Below, piece after piece: positions 36,564 through 46,157 of a stretch of DNA of 63,440 nt (the stretch's first letter is position 1; every line of letters starts with the position of its first letter). The notes under the pieces were generated by a model. That model made no database searches. It had not been told where the DNA came from and saw only the letters and a list, made by a program, of their open reading frames with translations. The DNA is taken from positions 1 to 63,440 of the IMG/VR virus record IMGVR_UViG_3300047509_000062; one strand, written 5' to 3'. Source of the DNA: a virus (lineage: Duplodnaviria; Caudoviricetes). The translations under genes were made by a program, and so were the position numbers.

Positions 36564-38879
36564 ATGCAAGTCCAATCCACCATCAAAGCCGAACCACCAA
36601 ACGAGCAGCAGATCGCGCCTCGGGGAACGAACCCGATCATCTTCGATACGTTCGCCGGTCTCAACACGAACGCATCGAGGCCGGGGATTGCAGACGATGA
36701 ATGCTCGTGGATGGACGGCTTCATGCCGTTGGGGAAGAATAACCTTCGCACACTTCCCGGAGTTGGACCATCAATCTACACGTCTCCTGCGGGCGTGACG
36801 ATTGTATGCTTTGCGTTTGCGAATATCGGAACGGCGCCGGTTTGCATCGTGTTTCTTAGCGACGGCTCTATCGTACAGGTCAACATTCAGTCCGGGTTTG
36901 CGTTTCAGATTGCGGCGGCTGGAACGATTCTTTCACCATCGCAGCAGAATGTTGGCGTCAGTCAGTGGGGCAATCAGTTTATCCTGATCGTCGCCAATCA
37001 GACGAACGGCTATTTCATATGGAACGGAGGAGTGCTTTTCAGGGCCGGCACCATCGGGGCGCTCGTCAACGTCACCAACTCTGGCCTGAATTATACCAGC
37101 CAGCCAACATTTATCGTTGAGACTACGGGTGGCGGTTCGGGGGCCACATTCAATGCCATCCTCAACAATGACGTGATTCAGGAGATTGACGTAGGCTTGA
37201 CGGGCGGCGGTTACGGCATAAACGACTTCGTGAATCTCGTAATTCAGGGCGGCGGTTCCGACAATACAGCAAGAGCCACGGCTACGATTGGTCCGGGCGG
37301 CGGGATTCAGACAGTAGCGGTGCTCAATGGCGGCGGCGGATATGCGTTTGGCACGAGTGCGACGGCAGTAGGTGGAGGCGGAACCGGGGCTGAATTGCTG
37401 GTCATGGGATTAGTCCCTGACGGCGGGGCCAATAATATAATTCAGAGCATCACGGTTCTAAGCCCCGGAACTGGCTACACGTCGGCACCTACCATTCAAC
37501 TGCACAATGTCGGCAATCCGACCTCAACCGCAACTTTCGCCGTCAGCATATTCGAGGGCGTAATCACAGCCATCAACGTCACCGATCCCGGCACTGGATA
37601 TGTCACGCCTCCGACCGTGAGCCTCATTGGAGATGGCACGGGTGGGAGTTTCATCGTTCAAATCAATAGCTCGGGACAGATTACTGGAATTGTCGTCAAG
37701 GATGGTGGGCAGGGATACACGAAGGCGCTAGTAAAATTCTCCGGCGGTAATAACGCCGCGGAAGGAGATATCACGATCATGCCGTTCGGTATCCAAGGCA
37801 CATGGGCGGAGACCTATGTAAGCCGCGCATGGGTAGCGAACGGGAACAAGATTAGCTTTACGGCTGCGGACTCGTTGCAGGACTTCGCGACCTCGGATGG
37901 CGGAGGAACGATACAAGCAACGGATTCATTCCTTCGGAATAGTTACACCGTTCTCAGGCAGACGAACGGATTTCTGTATATCCTCGCGGATAGCTCCGAG
38001 AATTACATCTCTGGGGTGACAACGAGCGGTGTTCCTCCAACCACGACATTCAACAATCAGAACGCAGACCCGGAAGTAGGAACGTCGTGGCCGTACACGG
38101 TGCAGGTGTTCAACAGAAACATCCTGTTCGCCAATTCATTCGGCGTACATGTGAGCTACGGCGGCGCGGTGACTAAAATATCGGAGGACTTGGACGGCAT
38201 CTATAACACGGTGTTCAACTTCGGCGGCTTCATTCCAAGCTCTGCCAAGGCCATCATCTACGGCAAGCGCGTGTTCATGCTTCTGCTGCCTGTGGTGGAT
38301 ATTATCTCAGGACAGACGGTCAACAAGCTTTTCATGTGGAACGGCAAGAAATGGTTTTCGTCTCAACAAGACGTGCCACTTACGTTCGTAGCCTCGCAAG
38401 AATTGAATTCCGTGTTGACAGCGTGGGGAACAGACGGAACGCATATCTATCCGCTATTCCAGAAGCCATCGACCGGCTTCAACAAGGTCGTGCAGTCAAA
38501 GCTTTGGGACAAGCCGAACGGCTATATGTTCAACAAGACCGATAGCCGGTTGTGGGGGCTGTTCTATTTCCGCAGTCTGGCAGGTTCCAGCCTTAGCATC
38601 AGTGTTGACAATGAGAACGGCGCATCGTCCAGCCCGATAGGGGTTGGTGGACCTCTTGTCGGATGGGTGAATGCGCTGGCAGTCGTGGTGACATGGGCAA
38701 ACGCTATCGGAAACACAAATGTCCTTTGGACGAATTCAGGCGTGGGGATTGTGGTCATGCAGCCGACTGCGGTAGGGCAGCAAGGCGCGTTGGTAGGTCT
38801 AACGCTTACGACAAACGCAGCGGACATGACGGTGATATCTCTCGCCGTTGAGGCCGATAATTGGAACTACCGAGGATAA
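36564..38879 (+). CDS. Tail nozzle / tubular protein B-like with inserted beta repeats
   Basis: 771 aa after the adaptors; F.GLNT start, propeller-like segments, GxGY repeats. Confidence 0.65.
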   Translation: MQVQSTIKAEPPNEQQIAPRGTNPIIFDTFAGLNTNASRPGIADDECSWMDGFMPLGKNNLRTLPGVGPSIYTSPAGVTIVCFAFANIGTAPVCIVFLSDGSIVQVNIQSGFAFQIAAAGTILSPSQQNVGVSQWGNQFILIVANQTNGYFIWNGGVLFRAGTIGALVNVTNSGLNYTSQPTFIVETTGGGSGATFNAILNNDVIQEIDVGLTGGGYGINDFVNLVIQGGGSDNTARATATIGPGGGIQTVAVLNGGGGYAFGTSATAVGGGGTGAELLVMGLVPDGGANNIIQSITVLSPGTGYTSAPTIQLHNVGNPTSTATFAVSIFEGVITAINVTDPGTGYVTPPTVSLIGDGTGGSFIVQINSSGQITGIVVKDGGQGYTKALVKFSGGNNAAEGDITIMPFGIQGTWAETYVSRAWVANGNKISFTAADSLQDFATSDGGGTIQATDSFLRNSYTVLRQTNGFLYILADSSENYISGVTTSGVPPTTTFNNQNADPEVGTSWPYTVQVFNRNILFANSFGVHVSYGGAVTKISEDLDGIYNTVFNFGGFIPSSAKAIIYGKRVFMLLLPVVDIISGQTVNKLFMWNGKKWFSSQQDVPLTFVASQELNSVLTAWGTDGTHIYPLFQKPSTGFNKVVQSKLWDKPNGYMFNKTDSRLWGLFYFRSLAGSSLSISVDNENGASSSPIGVGGPLVGWVNALAVVVTWANAIGNTNVLWTNSGVGIVVMQPTAVGQQGALVGLTLTTNAADMTVISLAVEADNWNYRG

Positions 38880-38880
38880 C

Positions 38881-39780
38881 ATGGCCTTACCCGTCACGTT
38901 CGCAAGCCTGTCAACAGTCACGCTCTCGCAACTGGATCAAAATTTCAATGCGCTTGGAGCATTGACGCCAATACCGTGCGCGGTCACGGGGACGAACACT
39001 CTGGCGCTCGCTCCCGCTGCAAATACCCCTACCGTAGCAGTCCTCGCCAACTACATGCAATTCACTGGCGTTGCGGCGAACACAAACTCAGGTGCGGTTA
39101 CGGCTAATGTGAATTCTCTTGGCCCTCTGAATGTGTATGTCGATACGCCGTCTGGGCCTGTAGCGGTATCATCCGGGCAGATCGTCCAGAACACATTATT
39201 TACGCTGATGTATGATTCGACGCTCAATACCGGAGCGGGCGGGTTTCATCTGCTCAGTGCCGTGGTTGTGGGGTCATTCCTTCCCCTTGGCGGCGGAACG
39301 CTCTCAGGCGCGTTGGTTGGCACAACTATCACGCTATCCGGACCTATCAAATCGGCAGGGGCGACAATTTCCGGCACGTCCACGCTCGCTAGCGTCAACG
39401 CGAGCGGGAATATCACTGGTTCTGGGTTGATCGGAACATCGGCCACGGTCACGACCTCCACGGTATCCGGCCTCGGAAAGCTAGGGTCATATCAGGTGGC
39501 GAGCGGAGCCGTGATAACCCGTATGCTCATGGCGAGCGTGTCTCTCGCATACGGAGCGGTGGCAGCGAACTCGAGCAGCGATCAGACAATGACGGTGGCC
39601 GGGTGCAGCATCGGGGATGTTGTCATTTCGTCTCCACCTTCAGCGCCTACGGTTGGATTGGCCTTCAACGCCTTTGTGAGCGGGGCAAATATCGTCACGA
39701 TACGAATGCTGAATGTTACGTCCGTAACTCTTGTGCCCCCGTCCGGTACTTACGCGGCGGCGGTCATCGGAAACACCTGA
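38881..39780 (+). CDS. Tail fibre-like virion protein
   Basis: LSQLDQNF, FLPLGGGTLSG fibre motif; Ser/Thr-rich. Confidence 0.6.
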   Translation: MALPVTFASLSTVTLSQLDQNFNALGALTPIPCAVTGTNTLALAPAANTPTVAVLANYMQFTGVAANTNSGAVTANVNSLGPLNVYVDTPSGPVAVSSGQIVQNTLFTLMYDSTLNTGAGGFHLLSAVVVGSFLPLGGGTLSGALVGTTITLSGPIKSAGATISGTSTLASVNASGNITGSGLIGTSATVTTSTVSGLGKLGSYQVASGAVITRMLMASVSLAYGAVAANSSSDQTMTVAGCSIGDVVISSPPSAPTVGLAFNAFVSGANIVTIRMLNVTSVTLVPPSGTYAAAVIGNT

Positions 39781-39781
39781 T

Positions 39782-40120
39782 ATGCCCATCGCTTCGCTCT
39801 ATAACATCCCGGAGACAGACGAGACGCTGTTGCAGTGGTCGTTCGCACACATGGACCATCACCGCACCACGATCGAAGCGATACAGAGGCAGAAGAATAT
39901 CAATCTACCGCTCTACCCATTGGACCCGATGAATTTGCAAGACATGGGAACGTGGGGATATCAGCATCAAACAATGCACAATGACGCAAATGCCGCGCTA
40001 GGCGTGGTTGGGCAAGACCTTGTTGATGTAGATTGGCAGAATGCCGAACAGCGTGCGGTGTGGATCATGCTTCAAGCCCAAGAGCATTTCCAGTGGGCAC
40101 TCAAGACGGGGATAGGATGA
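39782..40120 (+). CDS. Hypothetical virion-module protein (His-rich)
   Basis: ORF in the tail operon. Confidence 0.6.
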   Translation: MPIASLYNIPETDETLLQWSFAHMDHHRTTIEAIQRQKNINLPLYPLDPMNLQDMGTWGYQHQTMHNDANAALGVVGQDLVDVDWQNAEQRAVWIMLQAQEHFQWALKTGIG

Positions 40121-40590
40121 TGGCTCTGGCACAGATACAGGACGAAACGGACGAAGGCGGGGTACTCTCCCATCGGTTTATTCCCCCGGACTTCGACGCA
40201 ATCGGTATCTGGCTTCTGTCCCGTCTCAGGGCTCGATGGACGTGGATGGCGGAGCGTACCGCTTTTGGCTGGCTCAAGGGCGTGATGGACAGCGGCGATT
40301 ATATGTTCCTTCGCAATGGCGGCGGAGTGATTCTCGCGGACAGGACAAACGACCCGCTGGACCCGAGGCCAAAGGTCAGGGTCATCTTCTGCGTCTCGCA
40401 AGATGGACAGTTGCCGGTCACGGTCAATCTCTATGCCGACGTGAAGCGGTGGGCTCTTGGGATGGGCGCAAAGGAAATCGTACTCGGGGAATTCACGGAC
40501 ATACCGCGCCCGATGATTCAGGAAGTCTTCGGAGCGCCAAAAATCAGAACCCGCAACGTGGCCTTCTGGGACATGACAAGTGACAGTTGA
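40117..40590 (+). CDS. Hypothetical protein, possibly GNAT-like
   Basis: KRWALGMGAKEI segment; coupled. Confidence 0.5.
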   Translation: MMALAQIQDETDEGGVLSHRFIPPDFDAIGIWLLSRLRARWTWMAERTAFGWLKGVMDSGDYMFLRNGGGVILADRTNDPLDPRPKVRVIFCVSQDGQLPVTVNLYADVKRWALGMGAKEIVLGEFTDIPRPMIQEVFGAPKIRTRNVAFWDMTSDS

Positions 40591-41335
40591 GCGCATCTTC
40601 GACGCGGATAGGCTGAACGAGGTCTTGAACGATCCCGAAGTCAGGCCGGACGTTGCCGATTTGACGCTCGGCAACCTGGACGTTCGAGGATCAGTCGAGA
40701 ATCCCGATAATGTTCTTCTCATGGGAGAGCATGGCGGGGTGATGTTCTTCAAGATTATGGCCGGCTGTTATGAGTGCCACTCGCAGGTCAGAAAATCAGG
40801 CCGCGGGCAATGGGCAATCGACATGGTTTTGGCATGTGCCCGCCATATGTTCACGAAAACCGATTGCTTTGAAATCACGACGCGTATTCCTCGCGAGCAT
40901 TTGGGCGCAAGAGGTTTGGCGATCAAAGCAGGTATGTCGCACGAATTCAGCGTTGACGACGGATGTGTCTGGCGTGGGCAGAAAATGCCGATGGACATCT
41001 ACAGCTTCAGGATTCAGGACTGGATCAAGGCTGCGGAGGATGTAGAGGACACCGGGCGCTGGTTTCATCGCAGGCTGAATGAAGAAGCGATACGTCTTGG
41101 CATCACCGATCATCCGCACGAAAACGATGACACCCATAACCGCTACGTAGGGGCATCGGTCGAGATGGCGATGGCCGGACAGGTGCAGAAATCAACACTC
41201 TGGTACAATCGCTGGGCCGTATGCGCGCGTCATCCGATCATCCACCTGATTTCCGTCGATCCTCCATGCGTGAAGATGGATATCGGTCTTCTGACAATCC
41301 GTGACGGAGATATCGAGGTTCAATTATGCGCGTGA
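40580..41335 (+). CDS. GNAT-fold DUF2824-like podovirus assembly protein
   Basis: YECHSQV...GRGQWA, F..TDC.EITTRIP....GARGLA..AGM; lies before the ejection proteins. Confidence 0.7.
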   Translation: MTVERIFDADRLNEVLNDPEVRPDVADLTLGNLDVRGSVENPDNVLLMGEHGGVMFFKIMAGCYECHSQVRKSGRGQWAIDMVLACARHMFTKTDCFEITTRIPREHLGARGLAIKAGMSHEFSVDDGCVWRGQKMPMDIYSFRIQDWIKAAEDVEDTGRWFHRRLNEEAIRLGITDHPHENDDTHNRYVGASVEMAMAGQVQKSTLWYNRWAVCARHPIIHLISVDPPCVKMDIGLLTIRDGDIEVQLCA

Positions 41336-42618
41336 TGCAGAGAGACATTCTCGGGCTTGAACCGGATCGCGGGCACGAAAATCCGTTGCTGTGTTCGTTC
41401 GGTATCACCGAAGCGTTGGGCGCGAGCATTGCGTCTTTGCTTGTCAGTTCTGGTGTAGGAACGGCAGCGGCGGCGGGGGGCACTGCGGCAGCGGCAGGGG
41501 GAGGGCTTATCGGGGCTGGGGCGACTACGGCGCTCGGGACCGGATTGGCTGGTGGCATCGAAGGCGCGGCGCTCGGGGCAGGCGAAGCGGCTTTGACGGG
41601 TGGAAACCCGCTCACGGCAGCGGGCATCGGATTCGGCACTGGCGGGCTTGTCAGTGGACTGGCGGGGCCTGTTTCTGGCGCATTGGGCCTTGGCGGCACG
41701 GATGCAGCGGGAGGGGCAGCAGGTGGCGCGGCTGGGGGTGCTTCGGCACCCGCGGCAGGGGCCTCCACAGCCATTCCGGCTGGCGCTACGAGCATTGCTC
41801 CCACGGCAACGGCTCCGGTCGCCAGCGGGGCCATAGGGGCTGCTCCTGCGGGCGCTGGGGCGGCTGGTATCGCTCCCGGACTTGGGGCTATTGCACCCCC
41901 GACCGATCCCACGGCTACGGGCGTGCTTTCGTCTCTCGGTGGAGGGGCTTCTTCGCCGGCAGTTCCCGGATTGCCGGGACAGGCTGTAGCCCCTGGTACG
42001 GCACCGGCTGCAACGGCAACTCCGTCCGTGGCGCAAACAGCGGCCGCTGCTGCAAAGCCTACGTCTGGAGACGCATTCCTGAGCAATCCATCTCTGAGCT
42101 CGTTCGGTGATGTTCTGAAATCAAATCCGGGGGCTGTCCTAAGCGCGTTGGGTCTCGGCTACGATATCATGAATCAGGGCAATGTGCAGGGCCTTGGTAC
42201 GCTCACGAACGAAGCAGGCCAGCTTCAGAAACAAGGGCAGGCTCTCAGCTCCTACGTCAATAACAATACCCTCCCTGCCGGCGCTCAGGCCGCAGTCAAT
42301 CAGGCAAAAGAAGCGGCGAAGGCTCAGATACGGGCCAAGTATGGTCAACTCGGAATGTCGGGCTCGACGGCGGAGACGCAAGACCTCGCAAATTCGGACG
42401 TTCAGGCCGTCGAAGCGCAATACCAAATTGCCTCACAGCTGCTCAATTCCGGCATTCAGGAATCTGGTCTCGCATCTGAATTGCTGGCGCGCATCGTCGG
42501 TATCAATCAGGCTCAGGATGCCGCAACCGGAGCAGCGATAGGAAACTTTGCGTCAAGCCTTGGCAGCAGTGCAAACGACGGTGGTATTCGGCTCTATATG
42601 AATCCTACAGGCCACTAG
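41326..42618 (+). CDS. Gly/Ala-rich internal virion (DNA ejection/pilot) protein
   Basis: Glycine-zipper N-terminus; YGQLGMSGSTAE motif. Confidence 0.65.
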   Translation: MRVMQRDILGLEPDRGHENPLLCSFGITEALGASIASLLVSSGVGTAAAAGGTAAAAGGGLIGAGATTALGTGLAGGIEGAALGAGEAALTGGNPLTAAGIGFGTGGLVSGLAGPVSGALGLGGTDAAGGAAGGAAGGASAPAAGASTAIPAGATSIAPTATAPVASGAIGAAPAGAGAAGIAPGLGAIAPPTDPTATGVLSSLGGGASSPAVPGLPGQAVAPGTAPAATATPSVAQTAAAAAKPTSGDAFLSNPSLSSFGDVLKSNPGAVLSALGLGYDIMNQGNVQGLGTLTNEAGQLQKQGQALSSYVNNNTLPAGAQAAVNQAKEAAKAQIRAKYGQLGMSGSTAETQDLANSDVQAVEAQYQIASQLLNSGIQESGLASELLARIVGINQAQDAATGAAIGNFASSLGSSANDGGIRLYMNPTGH

Positions 42619-42619
42619 A

Positions 42620-44209
42620 ATGGCAACCGCTCAAAACGTCGTGTCTGATATGTCGGGCGGCAATCCTGCTGGGCCGAACATCTCGACGTTGCAGGGCGCG
42701 ACCAATCGTTATCAGGCGATCGAGAAGAAACAGGAAACCGATCCGGCTCTCAAGGGCGCAGAAAATGAATTCGAGACCAGCTCTGCCGAAGCCAAGCAGA
42801 CCATCTCCGACGTTCAGCAGAAGCTGAAAGGCGTTGACCACGATGCAATGCTCAAGCCGTGGGATGCTCAGGCAGAGGGGGCTAAATACACCACGCCGAT
42901 GATGCAGCAATTCGGCTCAGTCGCCTCTGCATTTGCGCTCATTGCCTCTGCCTTCACCCATCAGCCGCTCATCAATGGTTTGAACGGCGCCGCGGAAGCC
43001 ATGAAGGCGATACAGAAAGGCGATTCCGACGCATACAACCGCGCCTACGATGCCTTCAAGGAGAATTCCGATCTCGCGATCAAGCGTCACGAGATGGAAA
43101 TGCAGGACTGGAAGGTAGCCGCCGATCTTGCTATCGAGAAGCCAGCCCTTGCCGAAGCGACGTACAAGATGCTGTCGGCAAAATACGGCGATGAGAAAGC
43201 GGCGGCGCTATCAGAAGCCGGTCTCATTAAAGACCGCGAGCAGCTTGCAATCAGCCGCTCCGAACTTGGCCTGAAATACAAGGAATTGCAGACCAAGATG
43301 GTGCCGTTCGACATATTCCATCAGTCGATCAAGGAATTCGAGCAACAGAACAAGCGCAAGCCGAATGCGCAGGAAACGGCGGGCCTCTGGGGCCAAGCCA
43401 ATATGTCAGCACAGCTATCCTCCATGACACCGGAGGACCGTCAGTCGATGGGCGCAATGGCAGCAAGTGGAATGCCGTTAAGCCAAGTCGTTCCTGGGTG
43501 GGGAGGGGCTGCTATTCAGCAGCGTCAACAGGCGCGGCACGACGCGATAGAACTCATCCGCAAACAAACCCCCGGCATGTCCGCGACTGAAGCCGGTCAG
43601 GAGTTGGCAAATAGGACCGTCGAGTATCAGAGCGGCAAGCGTTCGGTCGGACAACTTTTCACGATGCTAGGTGCCACTCGGCAAGCCGTGTCTCAGCTTG
43701 ATTACAACATCGAGCAGACCAAAGAGGACATGAAGAAACTGCCGTCCAGCGATATTTCACCGATCATCAACGCGATTGCGCGCGGTGAGCAGAAATGGAC
43801 GGGTAACCCGGCGTACTCAAGTCTGTTCTATCACATGGCCGCGACTGCCACTGAATCGGCTCGCATTCTGTCTGGCGGTCAGGCATCTGTGGCACAATTA
43901 CATGCGGGAGCTCAGGCAGAGGCCCAACAGTGGGCCAATGTCAACATGACGCGGTCGTCTTTCTTGGACCCGAAGAACGGCGTTGCAAAAGCCATGACGG
44001 AAGAAGGCCATTTCCGCCTCAAGACATTCGAGGACGCGATTGGCTATCAGTTGAAGTCCACGACAAGCGGTGGAATGTCGGGCGGCAATCAGGCTCAGGA
44101 GCAATATACCGTTGGGCAGGTTCTAACTGGATCGGATGGCAAGCAGTATCGGGTCAAGAGTATTGATCCTAACGACCCGTCAGACCCTGACGTGGAGCCA
44201 GTGCAATGA
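42620..44209 (+). CDS. Internal virion / ejection protein
   Basis: Helical 529 aa in the ejectosome position. Confidence 0.6.
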   Translation: MATAQNVVSDMSGGNPAGPNISTLQGATNRYQAIEKKQETDPALKGAENEFETSSAEAKQTISDVQQKLKGVDHDAMLKPWDAQAEGAKYTTPMMQQFGSVASAFALIASAFTHQPLINGLNGAAEAMKAIQKGDSDAYNRAYDAFKENSDLAIKRHEMEMQDWKVAADLAIEKPALAEATYKMLSAKYGDEKAAALSEAGLIKDREQLAISRSELGLKYKELQTKMVPFDIFHQSIKEFEQQNKRKPNAQETAGLWGQANMSAQLSSMTPEDRQSMGAMAASGMPLSQVVPGWGGAAIQQRQQARHDAIELIRKQTPGMSATEAGQELANRTVEYQSGKRSVGQLFTMLGATRQAVSQLDYNIEQTKEDMKKLPSSDISPIINAIARGEQKWTGNPAYSSLFYHMAATATESARILSGGQASVAQLHAGAQAEAQQWANVNMTRSSFLDPKNGVAKAMTEEGHFRLKTFEDAIGYQLKSTTSGGMSGGNQAQEQYTVGQVLTGSDGKQYRVKSIDPNDPSDPDVEPVQ

Positions 44210-45633
44210 AATTGTCCGAAATCGGCGGGGCTCCGCAATCAGATCAAAAGACAATGAAGCTGTCTCAGGTCGGGCAGCAGGATTCTCCAAAGTTATCATC
44301 CACCGCCGATTCCGTAGGGCAGGACATGCTCAACACGTTCGGCGGAGAGATAGAGGGCGCGTGGAACAAGCTCAGAACCGATTTCGAAACGACGATGCCG
44401 AACAAGAATTACATTAACGAGGATTTCTGGAACAAACTGAAGGACGATTATCGCCAGACGGTAGCGGCTGGAAGCCTGCCTATTGATGCGTTCAACCTTG
44501 TAATTTCTCCGATAGCTGGAGCGATCAAAGCGGGGCCTGTCAAAGCGGTGGCAGCCGGGGAGCGTGCAGCTATTGGCGCATTGCCTGGTATCGACAAAAG
44601 TAAACTGCCAAGTCAATCCGATACTGAAAATCAGCTCATGGGCGATTTGTCTGCAATAGCCCCCGAAAAAGGCGTGTCATTGGCAGCGCCAGCATCCGCC
44701 GCTGTGCCAACCGTGGATGCTCTGAAAACCGCAGCCCGCAAGGCGTACACGATTGCCGACAGCTCTGGAATGCAGATTGAGCCTCATGCGATCAAGAGCC
44801 TTCATGGCACCATCGCGGCAGACTTGGCGAAGAAAGGCTTTCACGAAAAGCTGATGCCAAAGACGGATGTTGCCGTAAATGAAATCAAGGCAATGGCTGA
44901 AGACAAGAACCCGAAATCTCTTCAAGACATTGATGTGCTCAGGCGTATTGCTGGTCACGCGGCAGGAGCTAGTGAAAAGGCAGACAGGACGATGGCGCGC
45001 GTCGTCAAGGATCATATTGACGACTTCGTTGACAATCTTGGACCGCAACATCTGACGGGCACGAAAGACAACGCGGCGATTGACGCTCTGCATACTGCTC
45101 GTGACGCATGGAAGCGTGCCAGCAAGGGCGAAATCATCGAAGGCGCTATTGAGAAGGCAAAAACGAACGCGAGCCAATTCAGCCAATCCGGGGTCGAGAA
45201 TGCCTTGCGGGTGCAATTCCGCAAGATAGTCAACAACGACCGGGCCATGTCGCGGTTTACTCCCGAGGAACGTGAAGCCATCAAACAGGTCGCGAAGGGC
45301 GGTCCTATTACGAACGCGCTTCGCATGATCGGAAAACTGGCTCCGCACGGGATTGTGTCTCTCGGTCTCAGCAGTGGTGGAGGATATGCGGTTGGCGGCC
45401 CGGTCGGAATGTTGGCCGTTCCTGCTATCGGAGAGGCTGGCAGATTGGCTGCAACGGCCATGACGGAGAGAAACGCTCGTCTTGCATCAGAATTGGTGCG
45501 CAGAGGTGCCAAGCCGCAAGTGAGCGCCGCGAGTGGCGCGCAGAAGATTTATCCGGCAGCTTCGGCAGCAAACGTCCTGCAACCGCGCTCTGCCCGTGAT
45601 GTAGTTGGTCAGCTTGCGGGAGCTACTCCATGA
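44206..45633 (+). CDS. Internal virion / ejection protein
   Basis: Helical 475 aa; SGVENALRVQFR and FTPEEREAI..V.KGG; hydrophobic C-terminus. Confidence 0.6.
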   Translation: MKLSEIGGAPQSDQKTMKLSQVGQQDSPKLSSTADSVGQDMLNTFGGEIEGAWNKLRTDFETTMPNKNYINEDFWNKLKDDYRQTVAAGSLPIDAFNLVISPIAGAIKAGPVKAVAAGERAAIGALPGIDKSKLPSQSDTENQLMGDLSAIAPEKGVSLAAPASAAVPTVDALKTAARKAYTIADSSGMQIEPHAIKSLHGTIAADLAKKGFHEKLMPKTDVAVNEIKAMAEDKNPKSLQDIDVLRRIAGHAAGASEKADRTMARVVKDHIDDFVDNLGPQHLTGTKDNAAIDALHTARDAWKRASKGEIIEGAIEKAKTNASQFSQSGVENALRVQFRKIVNNDRAMSRFTPEEREAIKQVAKGGPITNALRMIGKLAPHGIVSLGLSSGGGYAVGGPVGMLAVPAIGEAGRLAATAMTERNARLASELVRRGAKPQVSAASGAQKIYPAASAANVLQPRSARDVVGQLAGATP

Positions 45634-46156
45634 CCAAGAAATCCGCTCTCACTGGCTCGTGCGCCAAACTCGCGCAGAAATTAATCGATCAGGCGCTTGA
45701 GGAAGGCGTGACGATAGAGGACCGGCTTGAAGTCCTAAAAATCGCTGGCGGGTTCTGCTTGGGGAGCGAGAAGATCAAAATGAAAACTCCGGATGATGAC
45801 AACGACGCTCCGTCGTTTGCCAATTTCCGCAACCGCGTCAACGGAACACCGAGGGAGACATCACAATGACGGCCAAATCGTTCAAGATCGTTGGGGAAGA
45901 AGAGGCTCAGGAGCTTCCTCCAAACCCGAAGATCAACACGGACACCGAGAAGGCCATGCAAATCCTGATGCTGTCTCTCGTGGTCGTGGGCAAGCGGTTT
46001 ATCACGGCTCTATCTCACCTGTTCACGGCGGCTGCTCTGCTGTCGGCGTGGCTGTTGTGGCGGTCGGTTCTCCCCTCGCCGACCGTCACTCAGCTTATCG
46101 GGGTGACGCTGTTCGGGGCATTCGTGCTTGCGATCGAATGGGTCAGGAGAAAATAG
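45630..46156 (+). CDS. Two small genes (45630-45869; 45866-46156, two TM segments)
   Basis: Coupled ORFs. Confidence 0.6.
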
Positions 46157-46157
46157 T

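Noticed and set aside
41238-42110. Long antisense and alternate-frame ORFs
   Set aside because: Shadows of the GC-rich Gly/Ala ejection gene; the same applies to most overlapping ORFs in the track.
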